Source of the DNA: Candidatus Sulfotelmatobacter sp.
GTDB lineage: Bacteria; Verrucomicrobiota; Verrucomicrobiia; Limisphaerales; UBA11358
Direction: 5' to 3'
NCBI GenBank assembly: GCA_035485115.1
Contig: DATHOG010000219.1
Span: 5,075-69,074 of the forward strand
DNA: 64,000 nt
Below, in pieces: positions 47,006 through 55,798 of the stretch. The translations under genes and the position numbers were made by a program. The notes beneath the pieces were generated by a model that had not been told where the DNA came from, made no database searches, and worked only from the letters and a program-made list of their open reading frames with translations. How positions within the stretch are numbered: the first letter of the stretch is position 1; the number at the start of each line of letters is the position of its first letter.

Positions 47006-49278
47006 CCTACGAAACCCTCCAATACGTAGACGCGACCGGCGCCACGCAAGAGGTGGCCATCCAGAATCTCACCCCGCAAGGCACGATCAGTCTGGAATGG
47101 AACCCGCGTTCGCTCGAGGCTTCGGAATTCGTCATCACCTTGCCGCAGGCTCCGGAGACACCGCTCGTCATCCCTTTTAAGTCGCGGTGTATTATTCGCG
47201 GATGCAGGGCATCTGCCAATGGTGCCAATAATTCCTTCTCCGCCGGCACAATTCTTTTTCAGGGTCGTCGCACGGATGTGGACGCCTCCAGCCGCGGTGG
47301 CGAAGTCTCCACGGTGATCAAGGTCTCCGACCTTTTTTGGGACCTTAAAAAACTCACGTACAAAATGGGCTGGAACGAGCCGACCGGCGGCACCATCACC
47401 GCCCCCGTTTACGGCATCGCCTACTTTGCGGACATCGTCATGTTCCAGCCGGACCAGCAAGGCCAGTTGCAGGCGGATGGCACCCACGCCGCCTACGCGC
47501 CCGCGCCGTTCGCCGGCGAACTGATCACCACCTGGCAGCAGCTCATGGCCATCGTCTATTACGCCATGAACTTCGGCGGCGCCGGCGCGGAGGCCGTGCA
47601 GGTGCAGATGAGCAACGTCGCCGAGTTCACCCCCAGCTATCGCAATACCGATACCGCCCGCAGCATCAAATGTCTGGAGGCCATCGTGAAATGCCTGCAA
47701 CCGCATCCGCAGGTCCGCAGCTTCATCGATCACACCACCACGCCGCCGACGTTACACTTTAGGGATATACCGCACAGTACACCCGTCAACCTGCCGTACA
47801 AGTCCACCGATCCGACCGGGCGCACCCAAAGCCATGAGGCCACGAACATCAAGCCGTTGCCCGACCTGAAGCCCGACCGCGTCAACATCAATTATAAAAT
47901 AAATGGCTCCTTGAACGGCTCGCCCGTGGTCAGCTTTGCCACCGATACCTATCCCGCCGCCGGCGGACCGTTTTTGCAGACCGAGGATTATTCCGTGGAC
48001 ATCAGCGGCCTGTCGCAACACATCACCAGCAAGAACTTTGTTTCCCACGCCTTCGATCCGACCAGCCTCGATCTCTGGCGGCTCAAGGTCGCCTCGCTCA
48101 AGGAAATTTCCGAGCACGGCCAGATCCCCAATGATGGAGCGGCCGGCGCGCTCACCTTCATCAACACCGCGCCCTACGATGCCGTGACCAATCCCAAGGG
48201 CATCCAGGTCTTTGACGCGGACCTGAACCCGGTGGATTACGAAGCCACCTTCATCTATTGGACGCCGCATTCCATCTACGCCTGGTTCACGCTCTCCGGC
48301 GGCGTGCCCGTGCAAGCCCGCAAGGCCACGGTCAAGGCATTTTTCAATTACGACAAAGTCAACCTCGTCACCGGCGATGTCGAGACCATCACCGAGCAGC
48401 AACATTCCTTTCACGTCCTCCTCACCAACGCTCCGACCGCCGAATATTTCATGGAGCAAACGGAGAATGATGGCGAAAGTGCGCCGCCCAACCTCGCCCA
48501 AAACATCTTCACCGAGCTGGCCGTGCTGCAATGGAAACTGAACCACAAGATCTGGCAGGCCGGCCCGGACCAGAACACGCCGCCGGCGTTTGTTTTCCCC
48601 GGCAACAACATCGTGAACCTGGTCGGCGGCGATCCCGCGTGGACCACCATGAACGCCGTGCCCGAGAACGTGACCATCCGCCTGCAGCGCGTCCTCATCG
48701 CCGGCGTCTGGACCCTGCTGGCGCATCAGACCATCGAGTGCGGGCCGATGAACCATCTGGAGCCAAGCTACTACGTGCAGCTCTGGAACATGTTCGCCAA
48801 CCGGAAAATCCGCCCCATCAATTCCGACCAGCGCCTCACCGGCTTGCCCGCCGGCGGCAACACGGATCTAAGCGCCACCGATGCCGCGGATAATTCGCAG
48901 CCCGCCCAGCCGGTTTACGGTTCGCAAATCGTCTGCGCCCCGGACGCGCAAAATACCGGCGTGACCGGCGGCGCCCAGATCACGTTTCAACTCAACGCCC
49001 CGACCGGCCAGATCCCCGTGTTCCAACAACCGACCGGCGGCGCCACCACGCGCACCACCGGCGTCATCGCGCCGGTTTACAGCGGGCTCGGGCCGCCCTC
49101 GGGCACGGCCGTGCCGCCCGCAACCTTGCCCACGCTGCCCGCGAATACTTATTACCGGGAATTCGATCAATACTATGACATGACCGGCGTCACCGCTTCG
49201 AAAGCGCCGGTGGTCTGGCTCTGCATCACGGCCGGCACCAGCACGTCGGCTGTCTGGTCCAATTTCAACCAGTGCTAA
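47002..49278 (+). CDS. Large tail-tip/hub-like protein
   Basis: 758 aa, ATGA coupling to the tape measure; position. Confidence 0.55.
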   Translation: MTYETLQYVDATGATQEVAIQNLTPQGTISLEWNPRSLEASEFVITLPQAPETPLVIPFKSRCIIRGCRASANGANNSFSAGTILFQGRRTDVDASSRGGEVSTVIKVSDLFWDLKKLTYKMGWNEPTGGTITAPVYGIAYFADIVMFQPDQQGQLQADGTHAAYAPAPFAGELITTWQQLMAIVYYAMNFGGAGAEAVQVQMSNVAEFTPSYRNTDTARSIKCLEAIVKCLQPHPQVRSFIDHTTTPPTLHFRDIPHSTPVNLPYKSTDPTGRTQSHEATNIKPLPDLKPDRVNINYKINGSLNGSPVVSFATDTYPAAGGPFLQTEDYSVDISGLSQHITSKNFVSHAFDPTSLDLWRLKVASLKEISEHGQIPNDGAAGALTFINTAPYDAVTNPKGIQVFDADLNPVDYEATFIYWTPHSIYAWFTLSGGVPVQARKATVKAFFNYDKVNLVTGDVETITEQQHSFHVLLTNAPTAEYFMEQTENDGESAPPNLAQNIFTELAVLQWKLNHKIWQAGPDQNTPPAFVFPGNNIVNLVGGDPAWTTMNAVPENVTIRLQRVLIAGVWTLLAHQTIECGPMNHLEPSYYVQLWNMFANRKIRPINSDQRLTGLPAGGNTDLSATDAADNSQPAQPVYGSQIVCAPDAQNTGVTGGAQITFQLNAPTGQIPVFQQPTGGATTRTTGVIAPVYSGLGPPSGTAVPPATLPTLPANTYYREFDQYYDMTGVTASKAPVVWLCITAGTSTSAVWSNFNQC

Positions 49279-49285
49279 ATCGATT

Positions 49286-52200
49286 ATGGGCAAATACGAT
49301 AAATGCTGTTGTTGCTCGGCCGGCGGCGTTTCCAACTACGTCCAGAACGTCACCAAGGTCCGCCCCGAGAACGATTCCGGCGGCGTCCACTACAGCGCCA
49401 ATCCGTTCCCGCGTTACAACACGGATTACTGGACGGAATTCGCGGGCAACACTTGCATCCCCGGCCAGTGCGGACCCTGGCTGATCGGCGGCGATAAAAA
49501 CGGCGTCAGCTCGCAAGCCGTGCAAGACGGCGTGGACGACATCGGCGTGACATTTGGTGTTGATCATAATATTTACGACATGCCGGCGGCTACGTCCGCC
49601 GGTTCATTGGTGCCCGGCACCACGTATAAGATCGCGACCGTGGGCACGACGGATTTTACCACCATCGGCGCGGCGGCCAACACGGTCGGCACCATCTTCA
49701 TCGCCAGCGCCGGCGGCAGCGGTACCGGCACGGCGCAGCAACAAGTGGATACCCGCGTGGCCAAACTGTTCGGCGGGCAGTGGATGTTCGTAAAAAAGAT
49801 GTTCCACGGCTGTCTTGGCTGGTCGAGCAACGACGCCTGTGCGCAAGACCCCAACATCGCTGCGGATCAAACGCATTACTTAACCTGCGGAATCGACGCA
49901 TCACTTTATATGAACGCGCCCGGCGAGGGCGGGATAGTCAATGAGTTCAATTCGACGGCGACCGGCGGCGTTACGGTGAATCCACAATCAGGAATTCTGA
50001 CCCACAACCTTTTGACCACGCAGACCAATTATGTGACGCTGTTAGATCAGCCGCGCGTAGAAGTAACCAATATATCTGGCGGCGCGGGAACAGAATGGGA
50101 CACCTCGGGGAATGTCACCGAAACTTGGTTGTCCGGGGCGACGACATGGATGGACGGCTACTGCGCTTCGGGCGTTTACTGCGGCGAGATCGGCACTCCT
50201 ACGCAATTCAACACGAACCCGGTTTCGCTCACCCCGCTGGGCGGAATCACGTTGCAGGCGGTGGTCGCGGCGTTCAATGCGGCGGTAATTGCCAATGGTG
50301 GAACGCAGCTGCCGGCCATCACCGACCCACAGAATTATAGCGGAAGCGGAACCATCCTATATACCACGCGCCAGACCACATTGAGCCTATCGTGGTCAAC
50401 GTCTGCCACCGAGTTCCAATGGAGTTATGATGAAAACGGAGCGACCAGGTCTGGCTTCAGCCCGGCAATCAGCGGGGAAAACAAATTCAGCGGCGCAATG
50501 ACGTTGTCGAACGCTTACACCAGCGCCGACTTCACCGGCGACATCTATGCCGCCGCAAATGCTTGGAACCTGACCGATTTCACATTGGCAAAGCTGCGCA
50601 CGGACGGGACGCTGGCGTTGGCCCCGCTCTGCTGTTACGACGAGGTACAGGGGGCTATATCACCCCTGGCGGGTTTCCGGCCGGTTACGATGGATGATTA
50701 TACCGGTTACGTTACCAACGACCAAAACGGGAACTCACCATGGACCACCAGCACCAACCCTCCGTCGCCTGGATGGACTTATGCGCCGTTCAACAACGAC
50801 AGCCAAGGCCAGCCTTATGACGGAGGCTCCAACCCCAACTGGAGCGGTCCCGCTGACTACAACGTGACCTGGCCGCAACGCGCATGGATTGACCCGAACA
50901 ATTACCTTTGGAAATATCCGAACGGAAGTTATGACCAGTCGATCGGCCCGCAGAGTGGTGGATTTACCGGCGGCGCAACGCTCATTACCGGCCTGCGCTC
51001 TGGCTCCATCATCTCGCACAACCCGGCCGGCTACGACCCGCACTTCTGGTTCAATTTCAAATCGTCGCTGTGCTTGGAGAATGATGACGACACCACATCA
51101 CTGTGGGATTATCAGATCGGCGGCCAGACACCCGGAGGCTTGCCGCCCGTGGCCCAGCGCTGGCTCGATGTCTGGGAGGCCTGTCCCTATCCCGCCGATG
51201 ATGCGGATGTCGGCTGTACTCCCACCGCCACTGGCGTGAGCGGCGTTTATCCCTTCGCCTTTTGGAATTACTCCGCCGGCACCGGCGTCTTCGGCAAATA
51301 CATTCAAGCCACCCAGAAATGGCCGGCGGTGAACTTTGGCCGGCCCTGCGGTCCGGATAAATATGCCGTGGATCAGACAACGGTTTGCTGCATTAACTCC
51401 GGAGATGTCACGAGCACGCTCGTCATCCAGGCCACAACCAATGCAAATCTGCCATTGGATATCGGCGGATTGGCGATCGGCAATACTGTGGCCATTAACG
51501 GCAGCGGCATTTACCAGATCACTGACCTCTCCTACGCTGGTGGCGGAATATTCAATTGCACCGTTGGCGCGCAGATCTCCGCATTGCCATCCGGCTTCTC
51601 CATGTCCAATGGCCAGGGCGATGACGATGCTAATGTCGTCGGCGCCTTGCGCTGGCCATCCGCCCCGTCCACCTGTGGCACGCCGCCGCCCAGCGGTCAG
51701 ACCGGCGTGTTTTTGGATTGGGCCTTTAACTATCGCGCCCAACAAACTGCCGTCACCTCGCCACCCGCATGGTACGCCGGCATCAGCGGCATCTTGAGCT
51801 GCAGCGTCGATCAATTTAATTACAACGGATCCTGCCCCACCATTGTCGGTATCGTGCCTCCGGGATCGCCCGAAACCTGGCGCAATGCCGTCTTTCACAA
51901 TTCACCCGCCAGCTTGCCAACCGATGATGTCTTCGGCGCGCACTGGCAGGCGGCAGTTTATCTGACCATGCCTGATCCATATAATCAGACACCATTTAAT
52001 CCCGTTTGCCCGCCCGGCGGCACCGAGGATTCACCCGCTCCCTCGTGGAATGAGGACGATGGCACCTGCCAGGGAGATTCCGGCATCAAGAAGTACTTTC
52101 CGCATCATCCGCTCGTCGCGGCATTGTCCACCATGCCCTTCGGCTCCTCATTGCCCGCTGGCGTGAAACTATATTTTGACAGCAGCAATACCTTTTCCCC

Positions 52201-52348
52201 GCCCAACTGGCCGAACGGCATATACAATTCGGGCAACGGCTTCACCTCGCTCTACACCGACTGGCTGTTCGCGCAAAGCGCCTGCGCCTGCATCAACGGC
52301 AGCGGCCGGTTCGGCGGGATATACGCAACCTTCGTCGCATGCACATAG
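49286..52348 (+). CDS. Giant tail-tip / host-specificity-like protein
   Basis: 1020 aa, last large late gene; N-terminal CCCC; Gly/Thr/Asn-rich beta-type sequence. Confidence 0.55.
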   Translation: MGKYDKCCCCSAGGVSNYVQNVTKVRPENDSGGVHYSANPFPRYNTDYWTEFAGNTCIPGQCGPWLIGGDKNGVSSQAVQDGVDDIGVTFGVDHNIYDMPAATSAGSLVPGTTYKIATVGTTDFTTIGAAANTVGTIFIASAGGSGTGTAQQQVDTRVAKLFGGQWMFVKKMFHGCLGWSSNDACAQDPNIAADQTHYLTCGIDASLYMNAPGEGGIVNEFNSTATGGVTVNPQSGILTHNLLTTQTNYVTLLDQPRVEVTNISGGAGTEWDTSGNVTETWLSGATTWMDGYCASGVYCGEIGTPTQFNTNPVSLTPLGGITLQAVVAAFNAAVIANGGTQLPAITDPQNYSGSGTILYTTRQTTLSLSWSTSATEFQWSYDENGATRSGFSPAISGENKFSGAMTLSNAYTSADFTGDIYAAANAWNLTDFTLAKLRTDGTLALAPLCCYDEVQGAISPLAGFRPVTMDDYTGYVTNDQNGNSPWTTSTNPPSPGWTYAPFNNDSQGQPYDGGSNPNWSGPADYNVTWPQRAWIDPNNYLWKYPNGSYDQSIGPQSGGFTGGATLITGLRSGSIISHNPAGYDPHFWFNFKSSLCLENDDDTTSLWDYQIGGQTPGGLPPVAQRWLDVWEACPYPADDADVGCTPTATGVSGVYPFAFWNYSAGTGVFGKYIQATQKWPAVNFGRPCGPDKYAVDQTTVCCINSGDVTSTLVIQATTNANLPLDIGGLAIGNTVAINGSGIYQITDLSYAGGGIFNCTVGAQISALPSGFSMSNGQGDDDANVVGALRWPSAPSTCGTPPPSGQTGVFLDWAFNYRAQQTAVTSPPAWYAGISGILSCSVDQFNYNGSCPTIVGIVPPGSPETWRNAVFHNSPASLPTDDVFGAHWQAAVYLTMPDPYNQTPFNPVCPPGGTEDSPAPSWNEDDGTCQGDSGIKKYFPHHPLVAALSTMPFGSSLPAGVKLYFDSSNTFSPPNWPNGIYNSGNGFTSLYTDWLFAQSACACINGSGRFGGIYATFVACT

Positions 52349-52365
52349 ACCTAACCCCCCGCCGC

Positions 52366-52602
52366 ATGGACGGCCCCAGCCATCGGACGCCGTCACCGCC
52401 CCTAAAACCGCAAGTGAAGCCCTTGGCGGCCGACGCCCCCACCATCACCGCCCGCCTGGCCGTCTGCCTGTCAAAGTGCGGGAGAAAGCCGGCACAACTC
52501 TGCGTGCTCCATTGCTGCGGCGCCCGGCCATTAAGTGAAGTGGCCACTTGGAAACTGCACAAATGCGGCAAGGGCTTTTGGCCCATCGAATCACTGCCAT
52601 GA
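52366..52602 (+). CDS. Possible small Cys-rich (zinc-finger-like) protein at the prophage right end
   Basis: High GC3 in this frame; CLSKCG...CVLHCCG...HKCGKG; start ATG 52339 or 52366. Confidence 0.3.
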   Translation: MDGPSHRTPSPPLKPQVKPLAADAPTITARLAVCLSKCGRKPAQLCVLHCCGARPLSEVATWKLHKCGKGFWPIESLP

Positions 52603-52622
52603 GCCAGCCGGCCGGCCGGATG

Positions 52623-52744
52623 GCTTTAAAGACGCCTTTACGGCACCTTTTAAGACTGCTAAAACGGGGGTGGCCACGGCCGATTTTTACCAGCGACCTT
52701 GTGAAACCATTTCAATTCCTTCTGAAACCAGCCGCGCTTTTACA
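52623..52744 (-). repeat. Prophage right end with putative transposase-binding sites
   Basis: Reverse complement reads TGTAAAAGCGCGGCTGGTTTCAGAAGGAATTGAAATGGTTTCACAAGGTC ... AAAAGGTGCCGTAAAGGCG; TGAAACCA occurs twice (52702, 52723). Confidence 0.75.
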
Positions 52745-52818
52745 ACGCTCCCAGCTTCTGACCAAAACCAGCGGCTGGATTGGAGAATATCGTAGTCAAT
52801 GAGAGAAATGCAAACATG

Positions 52819-52868
52819 GCTGTTCCCTCTCCCAGCGGGAGAGGGTTAGGGTGAGGGAGAGAGTGCGG
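52819..52868 (+). repeat. REP-like element copy 2
   Basis: GCTGTTCCCTCTCCCAGCGGGAGAGGGTTAGGGTGAGGGAGAGAGTGCGG; one mismatch (T/C) over 50 nt versus copy 3. Confidence 0.9.
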
Positions 52869-52901
52869 ATACATCTTATTTTAAAATGCTCTAGAGTATG
52901 T

Positions 52902-53693
52902 TCAATCGAGGCTTTTCAGAAAAGCCGCCAGCTCTTCGTCTTTGATCTTCAACGTGTGCTTGTCCTCGGGATAGACGCCTTTGCTGACTTCGTTTTGCAA
53001 CGCCTTGAACGCCTCCACGCGGAGACCTTGCACGCGCGCCTCTTCCTTGCCGATATTGCCGTACACCTTGGCGTGACGCGGGACGTGGCCGGGGTTCGTG
53101 CCGAGCACGTCGGTGGCGAAAAGATATTGCACCGTGCCGAGGCCGCTGCCCATCGAGATCAAAATCAATTTATCAAGACGCCGGTTGATCTCTTCGGCGA
53201 CCCGGGCGGGAACGATCTCGATCTCCACGCCGATCGCGCCGGCACCCTGATACGCCTTGGCCGCGTCAAAAACCTGCCGGGCCTCGGCGGCGGTCTTGCC
53301 GATCGCGCGCACGCCGCCGACCCAGGTTGCACGATACGGCACAAAACCGATGTGTCCGATGACGGGAATGTATTCCCGCGCCATCGCCTCGACGCATTTG
53401 ATGCTCAAGGCCGAATACACCGCGTCCGCGCCGGCATTCATCAGCCGGAAACCGGCGGAAACGGCTTGCTCCGGGCTCGCAGCACGCGGGTCATTGACGT
53501 TATGCGCGGCGATGATGAAAACGTCCGGCACCGCCGGCCGAATTGCCGCCAAATCTTCCTCCATGCACATGATCATCTCCACCCCGGCCTCGGCGCAGGC
53601 GCGCGCCTCGTTGAGGTTGCTCGTGCGGATTTCCGTGAACGTCCGCCCGCTTTTTTTGGCGGCAAACAAATCGTGGATGGTCAGTTTGGGCAT
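52902..53693 (-). CDS. 3-methyl-2-oxobutanoate hydroxymethyltransferase-like (PanB family) enzyme
   Basis: 263 aa; IPVIGHIGFVPY, GAGAIGVEIEIVPARVAEEI and ISMGSG blocks resemble PanB; N-terminus diverges from canonical PanB. Confidence 0.6.
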   Translation of the reverse strand: MPKLTIHDLFAAKKSGRTFTEIRTSNLNEARACAEAGVEMIMCMEEDLAAIRPAVPDVFIIAAHNVNDPRAASPEQAVSAGFRLMNAGADAVYSALSIKCVEAMAREYIPVIGHIGFVPYRATWVGGVRAIGKTAAEARQVFDAAKAYQGAGAIGVEIEIVPARVAEEINRRLDKLILISMGSGLGTVQYLFATDVLGTNPGHVPRHAKVYGNIGKEEARVQGLRVEAFKALQNEVSKGVYPEDKHTLKIKDEELAAFLKSLD

Positions 53694-53876
53694 ATCAAAA
53701 GGTATGCAGGAAAATCAGTCAGGTCGAAACGAAAGTGCGAGGGGCACGGCCGTTCTGCTCCCGGAGTGTGGCCGTCCCCGGCCACTGCAACGTTCAATTT
53801 ATGGAGGTTCTAAAATACTTGAGAGCGTTCGGTGGTTGTCTATCGCAGCGCCCGGGACGGGCGCACTCCTCCGCTT

Positions 53877-54809
53877 TCAATCCATCACCGCTGCGAAGCG
53901 CAGACCGCGCGTGCTGACGCGCAATTCCTTGAAACCAAATTCCTCCATCAAGGTCTCGAAGATCAGGACGCCGGTCAAAATCACGTCGGCGCGCAATTTT
54001 GGCAGGCCGATGATCTCCTTGCGTTCTTCCAACTGCAACCGCCACAGCTTTTTCCGGTGCGTCACAATTTGATCAAAACTCAATACCGTCCGCTCGATCT
54101 TTTCGCGGTCAAAACGGTCCAGTTTGCTTTCGATGCGCGCCAGGATGCTCGTCGTGCCGCCGGTGCCGACCAGAACGGCCGGCCCGCTCATTTGTTCCAT
54201 CACCGGCCCGAGCTGCGGCCGCACCTCGTGATGTAGAAAGTTTTTGAGCCAGTCGCGGCAGGCGTTGAATTCAGATTTTGTCGGCGGGTCGCCGTGCGGA
54301 AATTTTTCCATCAAGCGGACCGTGCCCAGGGGAAAACTGTGGGCAAAGCTTTTTTTATCGCCCCGGCCCAGGATGAATTCCGTGCTGCCGCCGCCGACAT
54401 CGAGCAGCAGCAAGGGATGTTTCGCCAGTTCGGAATCCGTGGCCACGCCTTGAAAGGCCCATTCCGCCTCGCGCGCGCCGGAGATGATCTCCGTTTTCAG
54501 GCCGGAGGCGCGTTCGATGGCGCCGGTGAGGTCCTTGGGATTCCGGGCATCGCGCGCCGCGCTGGTGGCGATGACCCGGACCGCGGCGGAATTCTTTTCG
54601 CGCGCGATTTCGGCAAACTCCCAGACCGCCTCCGCCGTGCGCGCGATCGGTTCGGGCTGAAGCTGCTGCGTATCGTAAAACCCCCGGCCGAGCCGCGTCT
54701 GCCGCGATTCCTCGTGGACGGGTGCGACGACCCGTCCCCGCACGTCGGCCACGAGCAACTTGACCGAATTCGTGCCGACATCGATAACCGCGCGGCGAAT
54801 GGCTTCCAT
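53877..54809 (-). CDS. Ppx/GppA family phosphatase
   Basis: Internal ATG gives MEAIRRAVIDVGTNSVKLLVADV; LLLDVGGGSTEF second ASKHA motif. Confidence 0.85.
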   Translation of the reverse strand: MEAIRRAVIDVGTNSVKLLVADVRGRVVAPVHEESRQTRLGRGFYDTQQLQPEPIARTAEAVWEFAEIAREKNSAAVRVIATSAARDARNPKDLTGAIERASGLKTEIISGAREAEWAFQGVATDSELAKHPLLLLDVGGGSTEFILGRGDKKSFAHSFPLGTVRLMEKFPHGDPPTKSEFNACRDWLKNFLHHEVRPQLGPVMEQMSGPAVLVGTGGTTSILARIESKLDRFDREKIERTVLSFDQIVTHRKKLWRLQLEERKEIIGLPKLRADVILTGVLIFETLMEEFGFKELRVSTRGLRFAAVMD

Positions 54810-54920
54810 CCTGTACCCAAAATAAGAAACCGCCCCATGGAAACCAAAGGCAAAATTGTGACATTTTGCGGCCCTCAATTTTTGCCAAAATTTGACCACC
54901 CGTCACATTTTTTGGTCGAA

Positions 54921-54960
54921 CTATTTCGAACTTATTCGAATTTATTCGAATTTATTTCAA
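54921..54960 (+). repeat. Four tandem decamers (YTATTYSAAN)
   Basis: CTATTTCGAA CTTATTCGAA TTTATTCGAA TTTATTTCAA. Confidence 0.85.
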
Positions 54961-55076
54961 TTCGGCAAAAGTCGTCAAACCCGGTAAAGCCTCTTTCTTG
55001 AAACCGCCCACTGCCCCGGGCCTCATGCCCCTATCAACAATCGCCCATCAACTCGTTTCCGGTTTGAGTTACCCTG

Positions 55077-55110
55077 ATTCACTCGGATTCACTCGGATTC
55101 ACTCGGATTC
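55077..55110 (+). repeat. Three and a half tandem decamers GATTCACTCG
   Basis: GATTCACTCG x3, then GATTCGG. Confidence 0.9.
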
Positions 55111-55690
55111 GGACCCCGTCAGATAGGCTGCCACCCTGTGGATTGGGTTCGTTTTTCTCAAAAACCCAATGTTTACGCGGAATAATTGGGTTCGTTTCGT
55201 AAAATACATGTTCGACCCACCGCCTCGCGCTGTCTCCATCAACTATCCCCCATCAACTCATTTCCGACTTAGCCGGTGGCCCCTCCAGAAGGAGCGTCCG
55301 GCAAGAACCTTGACGTCTTGATGGTTAAAAATTTTCCCGTTAAGCGCAAATAGCCGCCCATACGCGCAATTATCCGCAAATAGCCGCATATTTCGAAATC
55401 CGGGATGCGAAATTCAGCTGCCCCGCACCAGGTTGGTGCGGCTCGGACCGGGGCGAAATAGCTCGATTCGAGCCATCCCGCCCCAGCCCTTGCCGCGCCG
55501 TAGTTTTAACGAAGGCGGGTCGCGCCTTTCGGCGTTATGTCAAAGAACCACAACTCAAAGCTCCGCTATGCGGCTTTATGTTCACCACAGCGATAAACCA
55601 TAAGCTAACAAGGTGTACAATGTCAAGATGTATTGTAAACATTTTTGCGCGGATAAATCACCGCCTCTCGCCTTGGTATTTGAACTTTTC

Positions 55691-55725
55691 CTAAATCGCA
55701 AATCGTATATCGCAAATCTAATTTC
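55691..55725 (+). repeat. Five NNAAATC-type heptamer repeats upstream of the 55799 gene
   Basis: CTAAATC GCAAATC GTATATC GCAAATC TAATTTC; same family as 36695-36729 and 39636-39656. Confidence 0.8.
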
Positions 55726-55798
55726 AGCCGCCTGTCCGGCCCGGACCGTCCGCCATTGACAACCCTTGATGCGCCTTTCAAGATGCACCGTAATATTC

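Larger units (their letters stand above)
9818..52744. mobile_element. Mu-like transposable prophage, ~43 kb, apparently complete
   Basis: MuA-like DDE transposase and MuB-like ATPase; Mu-type head module (DUF935 portal, Mu I protease); inverted terminal sequences starting TG..TTTCAGAAGG at the same offset; repeated end-site motifs; flanking ACGC/AACGC direct repeat. Boundaries +/-1 nt. Confidence 0.85.

Noticed and set aside
52548-52802. 84-aa ORF crossing the prophage right end
   Set aside because: It spans the transposase-site repeats, the inferred junction at 52744 and host flank DNA. A gene bridging the insertion boundary is implausible.
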